Assembly: GCA_003242735.2 (NCBI GenBank)
Contig: QGVH02000009.1
Span: forward strand, 7,660-71,659
DNA: 64,000 bases
Source: a bacterium
GTDB lineage: Bacteria; Gemmatimonadota; Gemmatimonadetes; Longimicrobiales; RSA9
Direction: 5' to 3'
In this document: positions 1 through 9,278 of the stretch, piece after piece
Position numbering within the stretch: the first letter of the stretch is position 1
Layout of the letters: every line of letters begins with the position of its first letter
Made by a program: the position numbers and the translations under genes
Notes under the pieces: model-generated
The model's database searches: none
What the model saw: only the letters and a program-made list of their open reading frames with translations
Told to the model about the DNA's origin: nothing

Positions 1-2465
1 TCGTACGTCACGTTGCTCCGGACGCTCGACGTGATCGAGAAGGGCCCCGGGAACGTGCTCCCCGAGAACCCGGACCGGATGCCGTACGTGTAGCCGCGTT
101 GCTCCCGCAGCACCTGCGTCAGGTCGGACGCGAAGCCGCCGCCGCCGAGACGGAAGTTCATGACGGTCGCGGGATAGTAGTCGGGATCGGTGGCGGCCAG
201 CGCGAGATACCCGATGGCCAGTACCGACTGCTTCGCGTCCGGCACATCGAGGAAGTAGAGCCCCGCACGCTCATCGGACCACGTCGGCGGGTCGGGGAAC
301 GACACCTGCTTCGCCGCCCACCGGGTGGCGAGGCCCTCCAGTGAAGCCAGCACCTCCTGCGGGCTCACCGCCCCCGCCACGTGGAACGCGGCCTCGCCGG
401 GAGCCAGCGCCTCCGCATGGTAGCGCTTCAGGTCGTCCAGCGTGATCGCCTGGACGCTCTCCTCGCTGCCCCGCGGATTCCTGCCCATGATGTGGTCGCC
501 GTAGAGCAGGCGGGCGAACACGTCCTGCGCCAGCGCGGCCGGGTTGGCGGACCTCTGACGCAGCTCGTTCAGCACCCGCTGCTTGGCGAGGGCGAACCGC
601 TCGGCATCCCAGCGGGGCTCCAGCAGGATCTCCTCCACCAGGTCCATCGTGGCCCGGTAGTTCCGCGCCAGCGTGCTGCCACGGATGTCGAAGCTCTCCC
701 GGCCCGCGCTCACGCTGATCGAGGCGCCGAGCTTGTCGATGGCCAGCTCCAGCTCTTCGGGCGTCTTCGTGGCGGTGCCCTCGGTCAGCATCTCCGCGAG
801 CAAGTTGGCCACGCCGACCCGTGCCTCGTCCTCGAGCAGGAGGCCGCCGCGGATCCGCAGGTGGAACTGCACGAGCGGCGTCTCGCGGTCCTCGATGACC
901 AGCACGCGCAGGCCGTTGGCGAGCGTGTCCTGGAAGACCTCCGGCGGCCGGACCGAGGGCGGAGCGCCGAACGGCGGCTCGATGCTCCGGTCGAAGGACG
1001 ACGGCGTGCGCGGGATCTCGCCCCGGTCCACGAGGACGATCTCCGGCTCGGCGCCCTGGATGATCGGCTCCTCGACCACGTCGGCCTTCTGCGACCCCTC
1101 CACCGCCAGCTCGAGCCGGCCGCGGGGCACGAAGCTCGCAGCGACGTACGGCCGACCCTTGATGTACTTCTCGTACACGGCCATCACGTCGTCGGCCGTG
1201 ACGGCGAGCAGGCGCGCGAGGTCTTCCTTCACGTAACCGGGGGACGGCGCGAAGATGTTGTAATCCGCCAGCCGGATCGCCTTGCCGAGCACGCTCGAGA
1301 GCCCGCTGTAGAACTCCGCCTCGTACCGCGCCTTCACCCGTTCCAGCTCACCAGCGCTCACCCCCTCGGCCTCGAAGCGCGCGAACGCGGCCTCCACCGC
1401 CGCCAGCACGTCATCCAGGTCCTTGTCCGCGTACGCCCGGATCTGGATGGTGAACCGGCCCGCCAGCTCCTGCGACCCGTTCGCCGCGAACACGTTGGGC
1501 GCGAGCTCCTTCTCCTTCACGATGACCTTGTAGAAGGGCGTGCTCTTCCCGTCCGCCAGCACAGCGGCGAGCACGTCCAGCGCGTAGGAGTCCTCGTGGA
1601 AGAGCGGCACCGTGGGCCACGCCAGCGTGAGCTGCGGCAACCGCGCGAAGTTGTCCTCGTGGTAGAGCTTCTTGGTCGAGTCGAGCACGACGGGCGGTGG
1701 AGCGGGCACCTGGGGCAGCGGCCGCGCGGGGATCTCGCCGAAGTACTTCTCGATCCACGCCTTGGTCTGCTCGACATCGATGTCTCCCGCCACGACCAGC
1801 GTCGCGTTGTTCGGGCCGTACCACCGCGCGTGGAACTCCTTCACGTCCTCGAGCGTCGCCGCGTCCAGATCCTCCAGCGACCCGATGACCTGCCACCGGT
1901 ACGGGTGCCCCTCGGGGTACAACGCCCGGTCGATCACGTAGCTGGTGTGCCCGTACGGCTGGTTGTCCACGCCCTGCCGCTTCTCGTTCTTGACGACCTG
2001 CTTCTCCTTCGCCAGCACGGCCTCCGTGACCGTGTTGATGAAGAAGCCGAGTTTGTCCGATTCCGCCCAGAGCACCTTCTCGAGGGCGTCCTTCGGAACA
2101 ACCTCGAAATAGTTCGTCCGGTCACGGCTGGTCGAGCCGTTCGTCGAGCTCCCCACGCGCGTCATCAGACGATCGAGGCCGCCCGGACCCAGGTTCTCCG
2201 AATCCAGGAAGAACAGGTGCTCGAAGAGGTGGGCGAACCCGGTGCGCCCCTCGACCTCACGCGCCGAGCCGACGTGGAACGCCATCGCCACTGCGACGAT
2301 AGGGTCCGAGCGGTCCACGTGCAGCACCACGTCCAGGCCGTTCGGCAGCTCGTACTTCTCGTAGGCGATGTCGAGGGTGGGGCCCGAACCGCCCGGCGTG
2401 GACGTGCCGCAGGCGGCGACGAGCAGGCATGTGAAGACGGGGACGAGGCGTGCGCCGTACCGCAT
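1..2465 (-). CDS. M16 (insulinase/pitrilysin) family zinc peptidase, two-repeat type. The 3' end runs off the left edge.
   Basis: The reverse-strand ATG at 2465 opens a frame that stays open to position 1, so the gene is absent from the ORF track. The translation starts MRYGARLVPVFTCLLVAACG (lipoprotein-like signal) and contains the inverted zinc motif HLFEH in GFAHLFEHLFF. A second M16-like repeat is visible around 700-950 (LANGLRVLVIEDRETPLVQFHLRIRGG). Confidence 0.85.
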   Translation of the reverse strand, partial: MRYGARLVPVFTCLLVAACGTSTPGGSGPTLDIAYEKYELPNGLDVVLHVDRSDPIVAVAMAFHVGSAREVEGRTGFAHLFEHLFFLDSENLGPGGLDRLMTRVGSSTNGSTSRDRTNYFEVVPKDALEKVLWAESDKLGFFINTVTEAVLAKEKQVVKNEKRQGVDNQPYGHTSYVIDRALYPEGHPYRWQVIGSLEDLDAATLEDVKEFHARWYGPNNATLVVAGDIDVEQTKAWIEKYFGEIPARPLPQVPAPPPVVLDSTKKLYHEDNFARLPQLTLAWPTVPLFHEDSYALDVLAAVLADGKSTPFYKVIVKEKELAPNVFAANGSQELAGRFTIQIRAYADKDLDDVLAAVEAAFARFEAEGVSAGELERVKARYEAEFYSGLSSVLGKAIRLADYNIFAPSPGYVKEDLARLLAVTADDVMAVYEKYIKGRPYVAASFVPRGRLELAVEGSQKADVVEEPIIQGAEPEIVLVDRGEIPRTPSSFDRSIEPPFGAPPSVRPPEVFQDTLANGLRVLVIEDRETPLVQFHLRIRGGLLLEDEARVGVANLLAEMLTEGTATKTPEELELAIDKLGASISVSAGRESFDIRGSTLARNYRATMDLVEEILLEPRWDAERFALAKQRVLNELRQRSANPAALAQDVFARLLYGDHIMGRNPRGSEESVQAITLDDLKRYHAEALAPGEAAFHVAGAVSPQEVLASLEGLATRWAAKQVSFPDPPTWSDERAGLYFLDVPDAKQSVLAIGYLALAATDPDYYPATVMNFRLGGGGFASDLTQVLREQRGYTYGIRSGFSGSTFPGPFSITSSVRSNVTY

Positions 2466-2775
2466 GGGTTCGCTCCGATGTGGGTCTGACGAGACGCGGC
2501 GGCCGGGGCCGGCCGCCAGGAGGGGATGATCGCCCGGTGGAGCCCGCGCGGCAAGCGGGCGTCGGGCACCCGGCGCGCCGCTGCGCGGCGTTCGGGTCAC
2601 GAGCGAGGGGCGCTGTGGCCGCGGCGGTTGCCACCTCGGGCCGGCGGGCACTACCTTCGCGGTGCCGGCCCCGTCAGTGGCCCCGGCCGGCGCGGCCGTG
2701 GGTACGCCGGAGCGCCGGCGCGAGGAGGCCGGCCGGCGAAGCGAACGCAACGGACGATGCACCGGGAGACACCCC

Positions 2776-3336
2776 ATGAGCATCAGCCGCTCCATCCTCA
2801 TCGGCGTAGCGACGACGGCCCTGTTCGCCGCGGCGGCTGCGCGGCCTGCGGCCGCCCAGCAGCAGGCCGACGAGACGGCGCAGCACGTCGCACGCGCACA
2901 GCTCGTCGACGCGGAGGGGAACGTCGTCGCGACCGCGACCCTGCGCGAGACCGCCGGGCACGGCGTGCTGATCCGCCTCGAGGCCGAACGACTGCCGGCG
3001 GGCGAGCACGCGTTCCACATCCACCAGACGGGCCGCTGCGAGCCGCCCGGCTTCGAGTCGGCGGGGGGGCACTACGCGCCGCGCGGCCGGCAGCACGGGT
3101 TCCTGGTGCCGGCCGGCCCGCACGCGGGCGACCTGCCGAACATCCATGTCCCGGCAGACGGCCGGCTCGTGATCGAGGTCGTCGCCCCGGACGTCACGCT
3201 CCGCCCCGGCGCGCCGAACACGCTGTTCGATGAGGACGGCTCCGCGCTCGTCATCCACGCCGGCCGCGACGACTACACGAGCCAGCCGGCGGGGGACGCG
3301 GGCGGACGCATCGCTTGCGGCGTGATCCGGCGCTGA
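2776..3336 (+). CDS. sodC: Periplasmic Cu/Zn superoxide dismutase
   Basis: An internal ATG at 2776 gives the signal peptide MSISRSILIGVATTALFAAAAARPAAAQ. SodC-like motifs are present: HAFHIHQTGRC, GGHYAP, HAGDLPN, ALVIHAGRDDY and GGRIACGVI. Confidence 0.9.
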   Translation: MSISRSILIGVATTALFAAAAARPAAAQQQADETAQHVARAQLVDAEGNVVATATLRETAGHGVLIRLEAERLPAGEHAFHIHQTGRCEPPGFESAGGHYAPRGRQHGFLVPAGPHAGDLPNIHVPADGRLVIEVVAPDVTLRPGAPNTLFDEDGSALVIHAGRDDYTSQPAGDAGGRIACGVIRR

Positions 3337-3353
3337 CGCCCACCGGCGCGGGC

Positions 3354-3392
3354 CCCGCGGCCGCCCCGCCAGCAACGCCGGGCGGCCGCGGG
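3354..3392. terminator. GC-rich stem-loop between convergent genes (possible bidirectional terminator)
   Basis: A perfect 13-bp stem pairs CCCGCGGCCGCCC (3354-3366) with GGGCGGCCGCGGG (3380-3392) around a 13-nt loop. It lies between the sodC stop and the stop of the small minus-strand ORF. There is no clear U tract. Confidence 0.4.
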
Positions 3393-3463
3393 CTCCGGCT
3401 CCAACCGTCCAGAGGGAGGGCCGGCGCTCCGGGCCTCCAAGCGGGGGCTGGCGCTCCTCCCGC

Positions 3464-3685
3464 CTAATCCGCCTGCATCGCCTCCGGCGCAGGCTCGAAC
3501 CCCGCGCACCCGGAGATCGGCGTGACGACGAGGTGCAGCGCCGCGTGCTGCGGGTGCCCGCACTCCTCCGTCAGGTCCTCCGGCGCGCGGTGGGTCCTGC
3601 GGATCTGCACGAGTTCGGGCCGGTAGCCCTGGTGTTCGCCGAAATGGACGCAGAGACCACACTGACCTTCGTTCACCAGCTTCAT
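3464..3685 (-). CDS. Small Cys/His-rich hypothetical protein (73 aa)
   Basis: A GGGAGG Shine-Dalgarno sequence lies about 6 nt upstream of the ATG. The composition is not Arg/Pro-shadow-like. It has four Cys (CGLC, C42, C60) and several His. I recognise no family. Confidence 0.55.
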   Translation of the reverse strand: MKLVNEGQCGLCVHFGEHQGYRPELVQIRRTHRAPEDLTEECGHPQHAALHLVVTPISGCAGFEPAPEAMQAD

Positions 3686-3790
3686 CGTCGCCTCCCGCTG
3701 CGGGGCTGCCCGGGGTCGTGTGTGGGGCGAGTGGGCATGGCTCGTGCCAGAGGCGTGCGCGCGCCGCTTTTACTTGTCAGTGCAAAGTAC

Positions 3791-3819
3791 TTGACAGGAG
3801 ATGGGGTGCGACGTAGCTT
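3791..3819 (+). promoter_or_regulatory. Sigma70-type promoter for the 3829 gene, implying a leaderless or near-leaderless mRNA
   Basis: TTGACA (3791-3796), a 17-nt spacer, then TAGCTT (3814-3819). Only 9 nt separate the -10 from the ATG at 3829 and there is no SD. It sits in a local AT-rich island with direct repeats ACTTGTCAG (3772-3780) and ACTTGACAG (3789-3797). Confidence 0.45.
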
Positions 3820-3828
3820 GCGCACACC

Positions 3829-4449
3829 ATGAACCGCGACACCGCTCCGGACCTCACCAGACGAGTCGCGCCGGCCGTCGCCCTGCACGATCGCGCCGCC
3901 GCCGACCTGCGCTACAGCCGCCGCACCATGGAGCAGGCCGGCTCCTTCACGGCGGTCCCCGGGCTGGGCGGCATCCTCATGGGCGTCTCCGCGCTCGCGG
4001 CCGCGGCGCTGGCCGCGAGTCGGCCCACCTTCGAGCAGTGGCTGGCCGTCTGGCTCGGGGAGGCGGCGGTCGCGGCGGCCATCGCGGCATGGGCCGTGGC
4101 GCACAAGGCGCGGAGCGTGGGGATCCCGCTGCTCTCGGCACCGGGGCGCAAGTTCCTGCTGAGCTTCTTCCCGCCCGTGGCGGCGGGCGCCGTGCTGACG
4201 TTCGCGTTGCACCGCGCCGGCGCGATGGAGGCGATCCCCGGCACCTGGCTCCTGCTCTACGGCTCGGCGATCGTGGCCGCGGGCACGTTCTCCGTCCGGA
4301 TCGTTCCGATCATGGGGCTCTGCTTCATGCTGGCGGGAGGCGCGGCGCTGCTCTCGCCGCCCCACTGGGGGAACGCGTACCTCGCCGCGGGCTTCGGCGG
4401 CCTCCATGTGCTGTTCGGCGCGCTCATCGCGAGGAGGCACGGTGGCTGA
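3829..4449 (+). CDS. Polytopic inner-membrane protein of unknown function
   Basis: The 206-aa product has about five or six hydrophobic segments (GGILMGVSALAAAALAA, AVWLGEAAVAAAIAAWAV, FLLSFFPPVAAGAVLTFAL, WLLLYGSAIVAAGTF, IMGLCFMLAGGAALL). It is translationally coupled to the downstream regulator. Confidence 0.75.
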   Translation: MNRDTAPDLTRRVAPAVALHDRAAADLRYSRRTMEQAGSFTAVPGLGGILMGVSALAAAALAASRPTFEQWLAVWLGEAAVAAAIAAWAVAHKARSVGIPLLSAPGRKFLLSFFPPVAAGAVLTFALHRAGAMEAIPGTWLLLYGSAIVAAGTFSVRIVPIMGLCFMLAGGAALLSPPHWGNAYLAAGFGGLHVLFGALIARRHGG

Positions 4450-4843
4450 CGGTAGCGTGGCGCGACGGCGGCGCGAGGACCCGGCTCGCGCGACGGAGGA
4501 GGCCCGGCCGGCGGCTGCGCCGCGCGGGTCCGGCGCCAGGCGCAGGAGCGCCGTCGAGCTGGACCGGGTCATCCACGAGCGCGTGCGCCTCGGCATCGTG
4601 AGCGCCCTCGCGGTCAACGACAAGCTCAGCTTCAACGACCTCAAGCGCCTGCTCGACACCTCGGACGGCAACCTCAGCGTGCACGCGCGCCGCCTGGAGG
4701 AGGCCGGCTACATCGAGTGCATCAAGTCCTTCCGGGGGCGGGTCCCGCGCACCGAGTACCGGCTGACGGCGGAAGGGCGCCGCGCGCTGGAGCGTTATCT
4801 GGACCACATGGAGGCGCTGATTCGGCACGTGCGGTCGCAGTGA
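4442..4843 (+). CDS. Winged-helix (ArsR/MarR-like) transcriptional regulator
   Basis: The C-terminal 95 aa (VIHERVRLGIVSALAVNDKLSFNDLKRLLDTSDGNLSVHARRLEEAGYIECIKSFRGRVPRTEYRLTAEGRRALERYLDHMEALI) are a typical wHTH. The start is uncertain. I chose GTG 4442, which overlaps the upstream stop (GTGGCTGA). Confidence 0.7.
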   Translation: MADGSVARRRREDPARATEEARPAAAPRGSGARRRSAVELDRVIHERVRLGIVSALAVNDKLSFNDLKRLLDTSDGNLSVHARRLEEAGYIECIKSFRGRVPRTEYRLTAEGRRALERYLDHMEALIRHVRSQ

Positions 4844-5010
4844 GGGAGGGCAACGGGGTCGTGACGTCTTGGTGCGCGCGTTCGGCGCGTATTTTTCGAG
4901 GCCGGCACTTGGCGATGCAAAGGACTTTGTTCGACGCTTCGGCGCGGGCCTGCGCATGGCGGCGATCGCCGTGACGCACCACGGCATGGACCCCAGAGAC
5001 GAGCACACCG

Positions 5011-6561
5011 ATGAACGATCCGCGCAATCGGCCCGGCGCCGTACTGGGCACAGGCCTCGTGCTCGGCCTCCTCGCGGATGCGCTGTTCCGTGCCGACGGC
5101 GAGCCGGCCCTGAACCTCTTCCTGTGGGCGGCGGCGCTGGGCACCGCCGTCGTACTGCTCCGCCGCGCACGGGGTGCACCGACCAGCCGCGAGGCGGTGG
5201 CCCTGCTGGCCACCGGCCTCGTCATCGCCGCGAGTCTGGCATGGCGGGACTCACCCACACTGAAGCTGCTGACGCTCGCCGCCACGGCCGGCGTGTTCGC
5301 GTTGGCGGCGCTCGATGCAGGCAAGGCCTGGGTGAGGCACGCGAGCGTGACCCGGTACGGGCTCGCGGTGGTGGTGGCTGCCGCCCGCGCCGGGTTCGGC
5401 GTGCTGGTGCCGCTCGCAGACGTGGACGGGGCGGCGCTGCGCGCGCATTCGGCCAGCGGTTCGCGGCGGAGGCGCGTGGGCGCCATCGTCCGCGGCATCC
5501 TCATCGCACTGCCGCTGCTGGTGGTGTTCGGCGGCCTGTTCATGGCGGCGGACGCGGTGTTCGAACGCCTGGTGGTGAACGCGTTCCGGATCGATCTGGA
5601 GGACCTGGCGAGCCACGTGGCGCTCACCGGCTTCTTCGGATGGGTCGCCACCGGCTACGTGTACGGCTTCCTCACCGGCATGCGGCTGCCCGCCCGGCGG
5701 GCGCACTCGCCGCGCGACGCGATCCAGGATGCACCGCTCCGCGTCCTCGCCCGGCGCCCGTCGCTGGGCATCACCGAGAGTGGTGTCGCGCTCGGCCTGC
5801 TCGCAGCGCTCTTCGCCATGTTCGTCGTGGTCCAGTTCCGGTACCTGTTCGGCGGCGCGGAGCTGGTGGAGGTCACGCCGGGGCTGACCTATGCGGAGTA
5901 CGCGCGGCGCGGCTTCTTCGAGCTGGTCGCGGTGGTGGCGCTGATGGTGCCGGTGCTGCTGGCGGCGGACTGGCTGCTGCGGCGCGAGCGGCCGCGGGAC
6001 GAGCGCGTCTTCCGCGCCATCGCGGGCGTGCACGTCGTCCTGCTGGCGGCGGTGATGACGTCGGCGCTCCAGAGAATGCGGCTCTACCTGGAGGCGTACG
6101 GCCTGACGGAGGCGCGGTTCTACGCGACGTCGTTCCTGATCTGGCTCGCCGTGGTCCTGCTCTGGTTCGTGGCGACGGTCTTGCGCGGGCGACGCGACCG
6201 GTTCGCGTTCGGCGCGCTCGTGTCCGCCGTCGTCGTCGTGACGGCGCTCCATGGGATCAACCCGGACGCGGTCATCGCGCGCACGAACCTCGCCCGCGAG
6301 CGTGCGGGCAAGGAGCTCGACGCGGCGTACATCGCGTACCTGAGCGGCGACGCGGTCCCCGTGCTGGTCCCGGCGCTGCCCGCGCTGCCCACGGAGGCAC
6401 GCTGCCGCATAGCGGAACGGCTGCTACGGCTCTGGGGTGGGGAGCGAGGGCTGGACTGGCGGAGCTGGAACCGGAGCGCGGCGCGTGCGCGCGCCATCGT
6501 CCGCGGGCGTGCGGCGGACCTGGGCCGCTTCGCGGACGAATGCCCGCGGCCCGGCCGCTAA
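5011..6561 (+). CDS. Large polytopic membrane protein, DUF4153/DUF4173-like
   Basis: The 516-aa product has more than 10 predicted TM segments and a soluble C-terminal tail. The overall pattern resembles DUF4153-family proteins, from memory of the family and not searched. Confidence 0.75.
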   Translation: MNDPRNRPGAVLGTGLVLGLLADALFRADGEPALNLFLWAAALGTAVVLLRRARGAPTSREAVALLATGLVIAASLAWRDSPTLKLLTLAATAGVFALAALDAGKAWVRHASVTRYGLAVVVAAARAGFGVLVPLADVDGAALRAHSASGSRRRRVGAIVRGILIALPLLVVFGGLFMAADAVFERLVVNAFRIDLEDLASHVALTGFFGWVATGYVYGFLTGMRLPARRAHSPRDAIQDAPLRVLARRPSLGITESGVALGLLAALFAMFVVVQFRYLFGGAELVEVTPGLTYAEYARRGFFELVAVVALMVPVLLAADWLLRRERPRDERVFRAIAGVHVVLLAAVMTSALQRMRLYLEAYGLTEARFYATSFLIWLAVVLLWFVATVLRGRRDRFAFGALVSAVVVVTALHGINPDAVIARTNLARERAGKELDAAYIAYLSGDAVPVLVPALPALPTEARCRIAERLLRLWGGERGLDWRSWNRSAARARAIVRGRAADLGRFADECPRPGR

Positions 6562-7037
6562 GCCGGGTGGTGCCGCAGGTCCGGCGCCAGCGGCGGCGTG
6601 TCCTCCTCCCGCGGCGGCTCGGGCGCCGGCGGGGCCTTGCCGGCGATGCGCGCCATGTTGTCGAGGAAGATGCGCTCGTCGGGACGGAGCGCGTCCACAC
6701 CGAGAGCCTCGACCTTCGCGAGCAGGCGAACGACCTCCTCGCGGTTGATCTCGTGGAGCTTGTCCAGGTCGATGCTCTGCCACCGCTGGCGAGCTTCGGC
6801 GGCCCGGGCGAGCTGGGAGGCGTAGAACGAGTTGGGCATCTCGACGACGCGGCGCCTCCCCTGGCGCCGGGCGCGAACGCCCCGGGCGATGGCGACGCCC
6901 AGCGCGGCGCCTGCAACGACCGCCAGCATGCCGAGCGACATGAAAAAGAGAGGATCGAACGCGCGCATCGTCGTCACCTGCTGCTGGGGCGCGGCCACGG
7001 CTTCGGCCGCGTCCTCCGACATCGCCGACTGTGGCAC
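6558..7037 (-). CDS. Single-pass membrane-anchored hypothetical protein
   Basis: One TM segment (FFMSLGMLAVVAGAALGVAIA) is followed by a helical soluble part (IDLDKLHEINREEVVRLLAKVEALGVDALRPDERIFLDNMARI). The start is GTG 7037 or ATG 7022. The 3' end overlaps the convergent 5011 gene by 4 nt. Confidence 0.55.
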   Translation of the reverse strand: MPQSAMSEDAAEAVAAPQQQVTTMRAFDPLFFMSLGMLAVVAGAALGVAIARGVRARRQGRRRVVEMPNSFYASQLARAAEARQRWQSIDLDKLHEINREEVVRLLAKVEALGVDALRPDERIFLDNMARIAGKAPPAPEPPREEDTPPLAPDLRHHPA

Positions 7038-7183
7038 CCGTACGTTCGCCAGGATGCCGCGTCAGCGCAAGGGGTTGCCGCCCGCGGGGCCGGCGCGCCG
7101 GTGGGGCTCACGGCCCGAGGGCGGACCCACCGGAGCACACGGACCGGCGATCCTCCACGGCCGGCCGCCGGCCGCGACGGCCC

Positions 7184-8470
7184 TCAAGGGTGGGCGGCCG
7201 ACGCGTCGTCCGCCTCGCACGCCGAAGCGCGCCGCAGCAGCAGCGCGCGTTCGCGTTCGTTGCGGGTGAGCGACGCCGCGCGCCGGAACTCGGCGCGCGC
7301 CTCCTCGAGCCGTCCGAGCTTTGCCAGCAGGTCGCCGCGCACGGCGGGCAGGAGGTGATACGCCCTCATGGACGGCTCGTCGAGGAGCCGGTCGGCGATC
7401 TCGAGGCCGGCGGCGGGGCCGAACGCCTGCCCGACGGCCACGGCGCGGTTGAGTTCCACGACAGGCGAAGGGGTGAGCCGGGCGAGCGCGTCGTAGAGCG
7501 CCGCGATGCGTTCCCAGTCCGTCTCCGCGGCCGTGGGGGCCTGTGCGTGGCACGCGGCGATCGCGGCCTGGAGCGTGTACGGCCCGGGGGCGCCGCCGAG
7601 CGCCAGCGCCCGATCGAGCGCGGCGAGCCCACGGCGAATGAGGAGCGGGTCCCAGCGGGTGCGGTCCTGGTCGAGCAGCAGGACCGGCTCGCCATCCGGT
7701 CCGATCCGCGCGCGCAGCCGGGACGCCTGGAGCTCCATCAGTGCGACGAGCCCGTGCGCCTCCGGTTCGTTCGGCGCGAGCGCGGCCAGAATCCGGCCGA
7801 GCCGGAGCGCATCCTCGCAGAGCGCGGGCCGAACCCAATCATCGCCGGCCGTCGCCGCATAGCCCTCGTTGAAGATCAGGTAGATCACCTCGAGCACGGA
7901 GCCGAGGCGAGCAGCGAGATCGGGGCCCCGGGGCACCTCGAACGGAACGCGTGCCTCGCGTAGCGTACGCTTGGCGCGGACGATTCGTTGCGCGAGCGTG
8001 GGCACGGGCACGAGGAACGCGCGCGCGATCTCCTCGGTGGTGAGGCCGCCGACCAGCCGGAGGGTGAGCGCGACGCGCGCCTCCTTCGGGAGCACGGGGT
8101 GGCAGCAGATGAAGATGAGGCGGAGCAGGTCGTCGCCGATGGGGTCGTCGAGCGCCTCGTCGAGATCGGGGCCGGCCATCTCCTGCTCCACCTCCAGCTC
8201 GCGGCCGAGCTCGTCGTGCTTGCGATCCAAGAGGTGGCCGCGGCGCAGGTGATCGATAGCGCGGCGCCTGGCGGTGGTCATGAGCCAGGCGCCCGGGTTG
8301 TCCGGCACGCCCGTCTCCGGCCAGCGTTCCAGTGCGGCGACGAGCGCATCCTGCGCCAGGTCCTCTGCCAGGCCGACGTCGCCGACCAGCCGCGTGAGCC
8401 CGGCGATGATGCGGGCGGACTCGATCCGCCAGACCGCCTCGATCGCGCGGTGCGTGTCTTCTGCCGTCAT
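7184..8470 (-). CDS. ECF sigma factor with a long C-terminal helical/TPR-like extension (ECF42-like)
   Basis: Sigma2/sigma4 regions are present (DLAQDALVAALERWPETGVPDNPGAWLMTTARRRAIDHLRR; LTLRLVGGLTTEEIARAFLVPVPTLAQRIVRAKRTL), followed by an extension of about 250 aa. I chose the start at ATG 8470 (MTAEDTHRAIE). It is flanked by YCII/DGPF genes. Confidence 0.85.
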   Translation of the reverse strand: MTAEDTHRAIEAVWRIESARIIAGLTRLVGDVGLAEDLAQDALVAALERWPETGVPDNPGAWLMTTARRRAIDHLRRGHLLDRKHDELGRELEVEQEMAGPDLDEALDDPIGDDLLRLIFICCHPVLPKEARVALTLRLVGGLTTEEIARAFLVPVPTLAQRIVRAKRTLREARVPFEVPRGPDLAARLGSVLEVIYLIFNEGYAATAGDDWVRPALCEDALRLGRILAALAPNEPEAHGLVALMELQASRLRARIGPDGEPVLLLDQDRTRWDPLLIRRGLAALDRALALGGAPGPYTLQAAIAACHAQAPTAAETDWERIAALYDALARLTPSPVVELNRAVAVGQAFGPAAGLEIADRLLDEPSMRAYHLLPAVRGDLLAKLGRLEEARAEFRRAASLTRNERERALLLRRASACEADDASAAHP

Positions 8471-8710
8471 GGCTCCTGGGCGATGCCCATCGGACGTTCC
8501 TCGCGCGGCGGCATCGTCGCCGCCACGCCGCACGCCGGCCGGCTGCCGCCACGCTCCGCCGTGGCGAGTCGGGCCGCCGCGGGAAGCTGGGCCGCAGCCC
8601 TCATCGTGTCAAACGATCCCGCCGCGACGAGCCCGTCCTCTTGTGGGATGTCGCAGCGTCCCCCACCATACCGGCGGCGCGGGACTCGTCAGTACACCCC
8701 CACGGAGCGC

Positions 8711-9130
8711 ATGTCCATGGCAGCCGAGACCTCCACCTACCTCCTCATCTTCCGCGAGACCACGCCGGAACGCTACGAGGCGCTCTCCCGCGAGGAACGC
8801 ATGCAGGCCCTCGCGCGCTGGAACGCCTGGTGCGACGAGCTGGTGGCGCAGGGCAAGCTCAGGAGCGGCAACACGCTGCAGCCCGAGGGCCGCGTCGTCA
8901 CCAGGCAGGGCACCACCGACGGCCCGTTCGCCGAGGCCAAGGAGGTCGTCGGCGGCTATTTCCTCCTCGAGGCCGCGAGTCTGGACGAGGCCACCGCGAT
9001 TGCCGAGCAGTGCCCCAACCTGCCGTACGGCATGGCCGTGGAGGTCCGGCCCATCGGCCAGGCCTGCCACCTCGCCCGCTCGCTGGGCTGGACGACGATG
9101 CGCGGGCCCGGAGACGGCCAGCCGGCCTGA
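8711..9130 (+). CDS. YCII-related (DGPF) domain protein
   Basis: The internal ATG at 8711 is in frame with ORF 7988..9130. The sequence TDGPFAEAKEVVGGYFLLEAASLDEATAIAEQCP is typical of the YCII/DGPF family. It is divergent from the sigma factor gene. Confidence 0.85.
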   Translation: MSMAAETSTYLLIFRETTPERYEALSREERMQALARWNAWCDELVAQGKLRSGNTLQPEGRVVTRQGTTDGPFAEAKEVVGGYFLLEAASLDEATAIAEQCPNLPYGMAVEVRPIGQACHLARSLGWTTMRGPGDGQPA

Positions 9131-9278
9131 TGACGGCCGGCCGGCGCGGGCAATGCTGCGGCCTGTCACAGCTCGCTCACACGATGCGCAAGGCGGGGCC
9201 GCGTGCGCTGGGCGGCGGCGGGCCGTGACCAGCACGGCCTCGCGCCGCCGCTCTGCGCTACCGCGCTCCGCCCGCCGA

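Noticed and set aside
381-2489. 702-aa plus-strand ORF, the longest ORF at the left end of the window
   Set aside because: It is extremely Arg/Leu/Val/His-rich with no recognisable motifs. It is the antisense shadow of the clearly recognisable M16 peptidase gene on the minus strand (HLFEH motif, signal peptide).
4869-7358. 829-aa plus-strand ORF spanning several genes
   Set aside because: Its Arg/Gly/Pro/Ala-rich composition is typical of off-frame translation of high-GC DNA. It overlaps the DUF4153-like gene (another frame), the minus-strand 6558-7037 gene and the 3' end of the sigma factor gene. The same reasoning applies to 20114..22168(-), 25905..28787(-), 43809..45386(+), 45609..48434(+), 46606 upstream part, 48756..50105(-), 54723..56273(-) and similar track ORFs.
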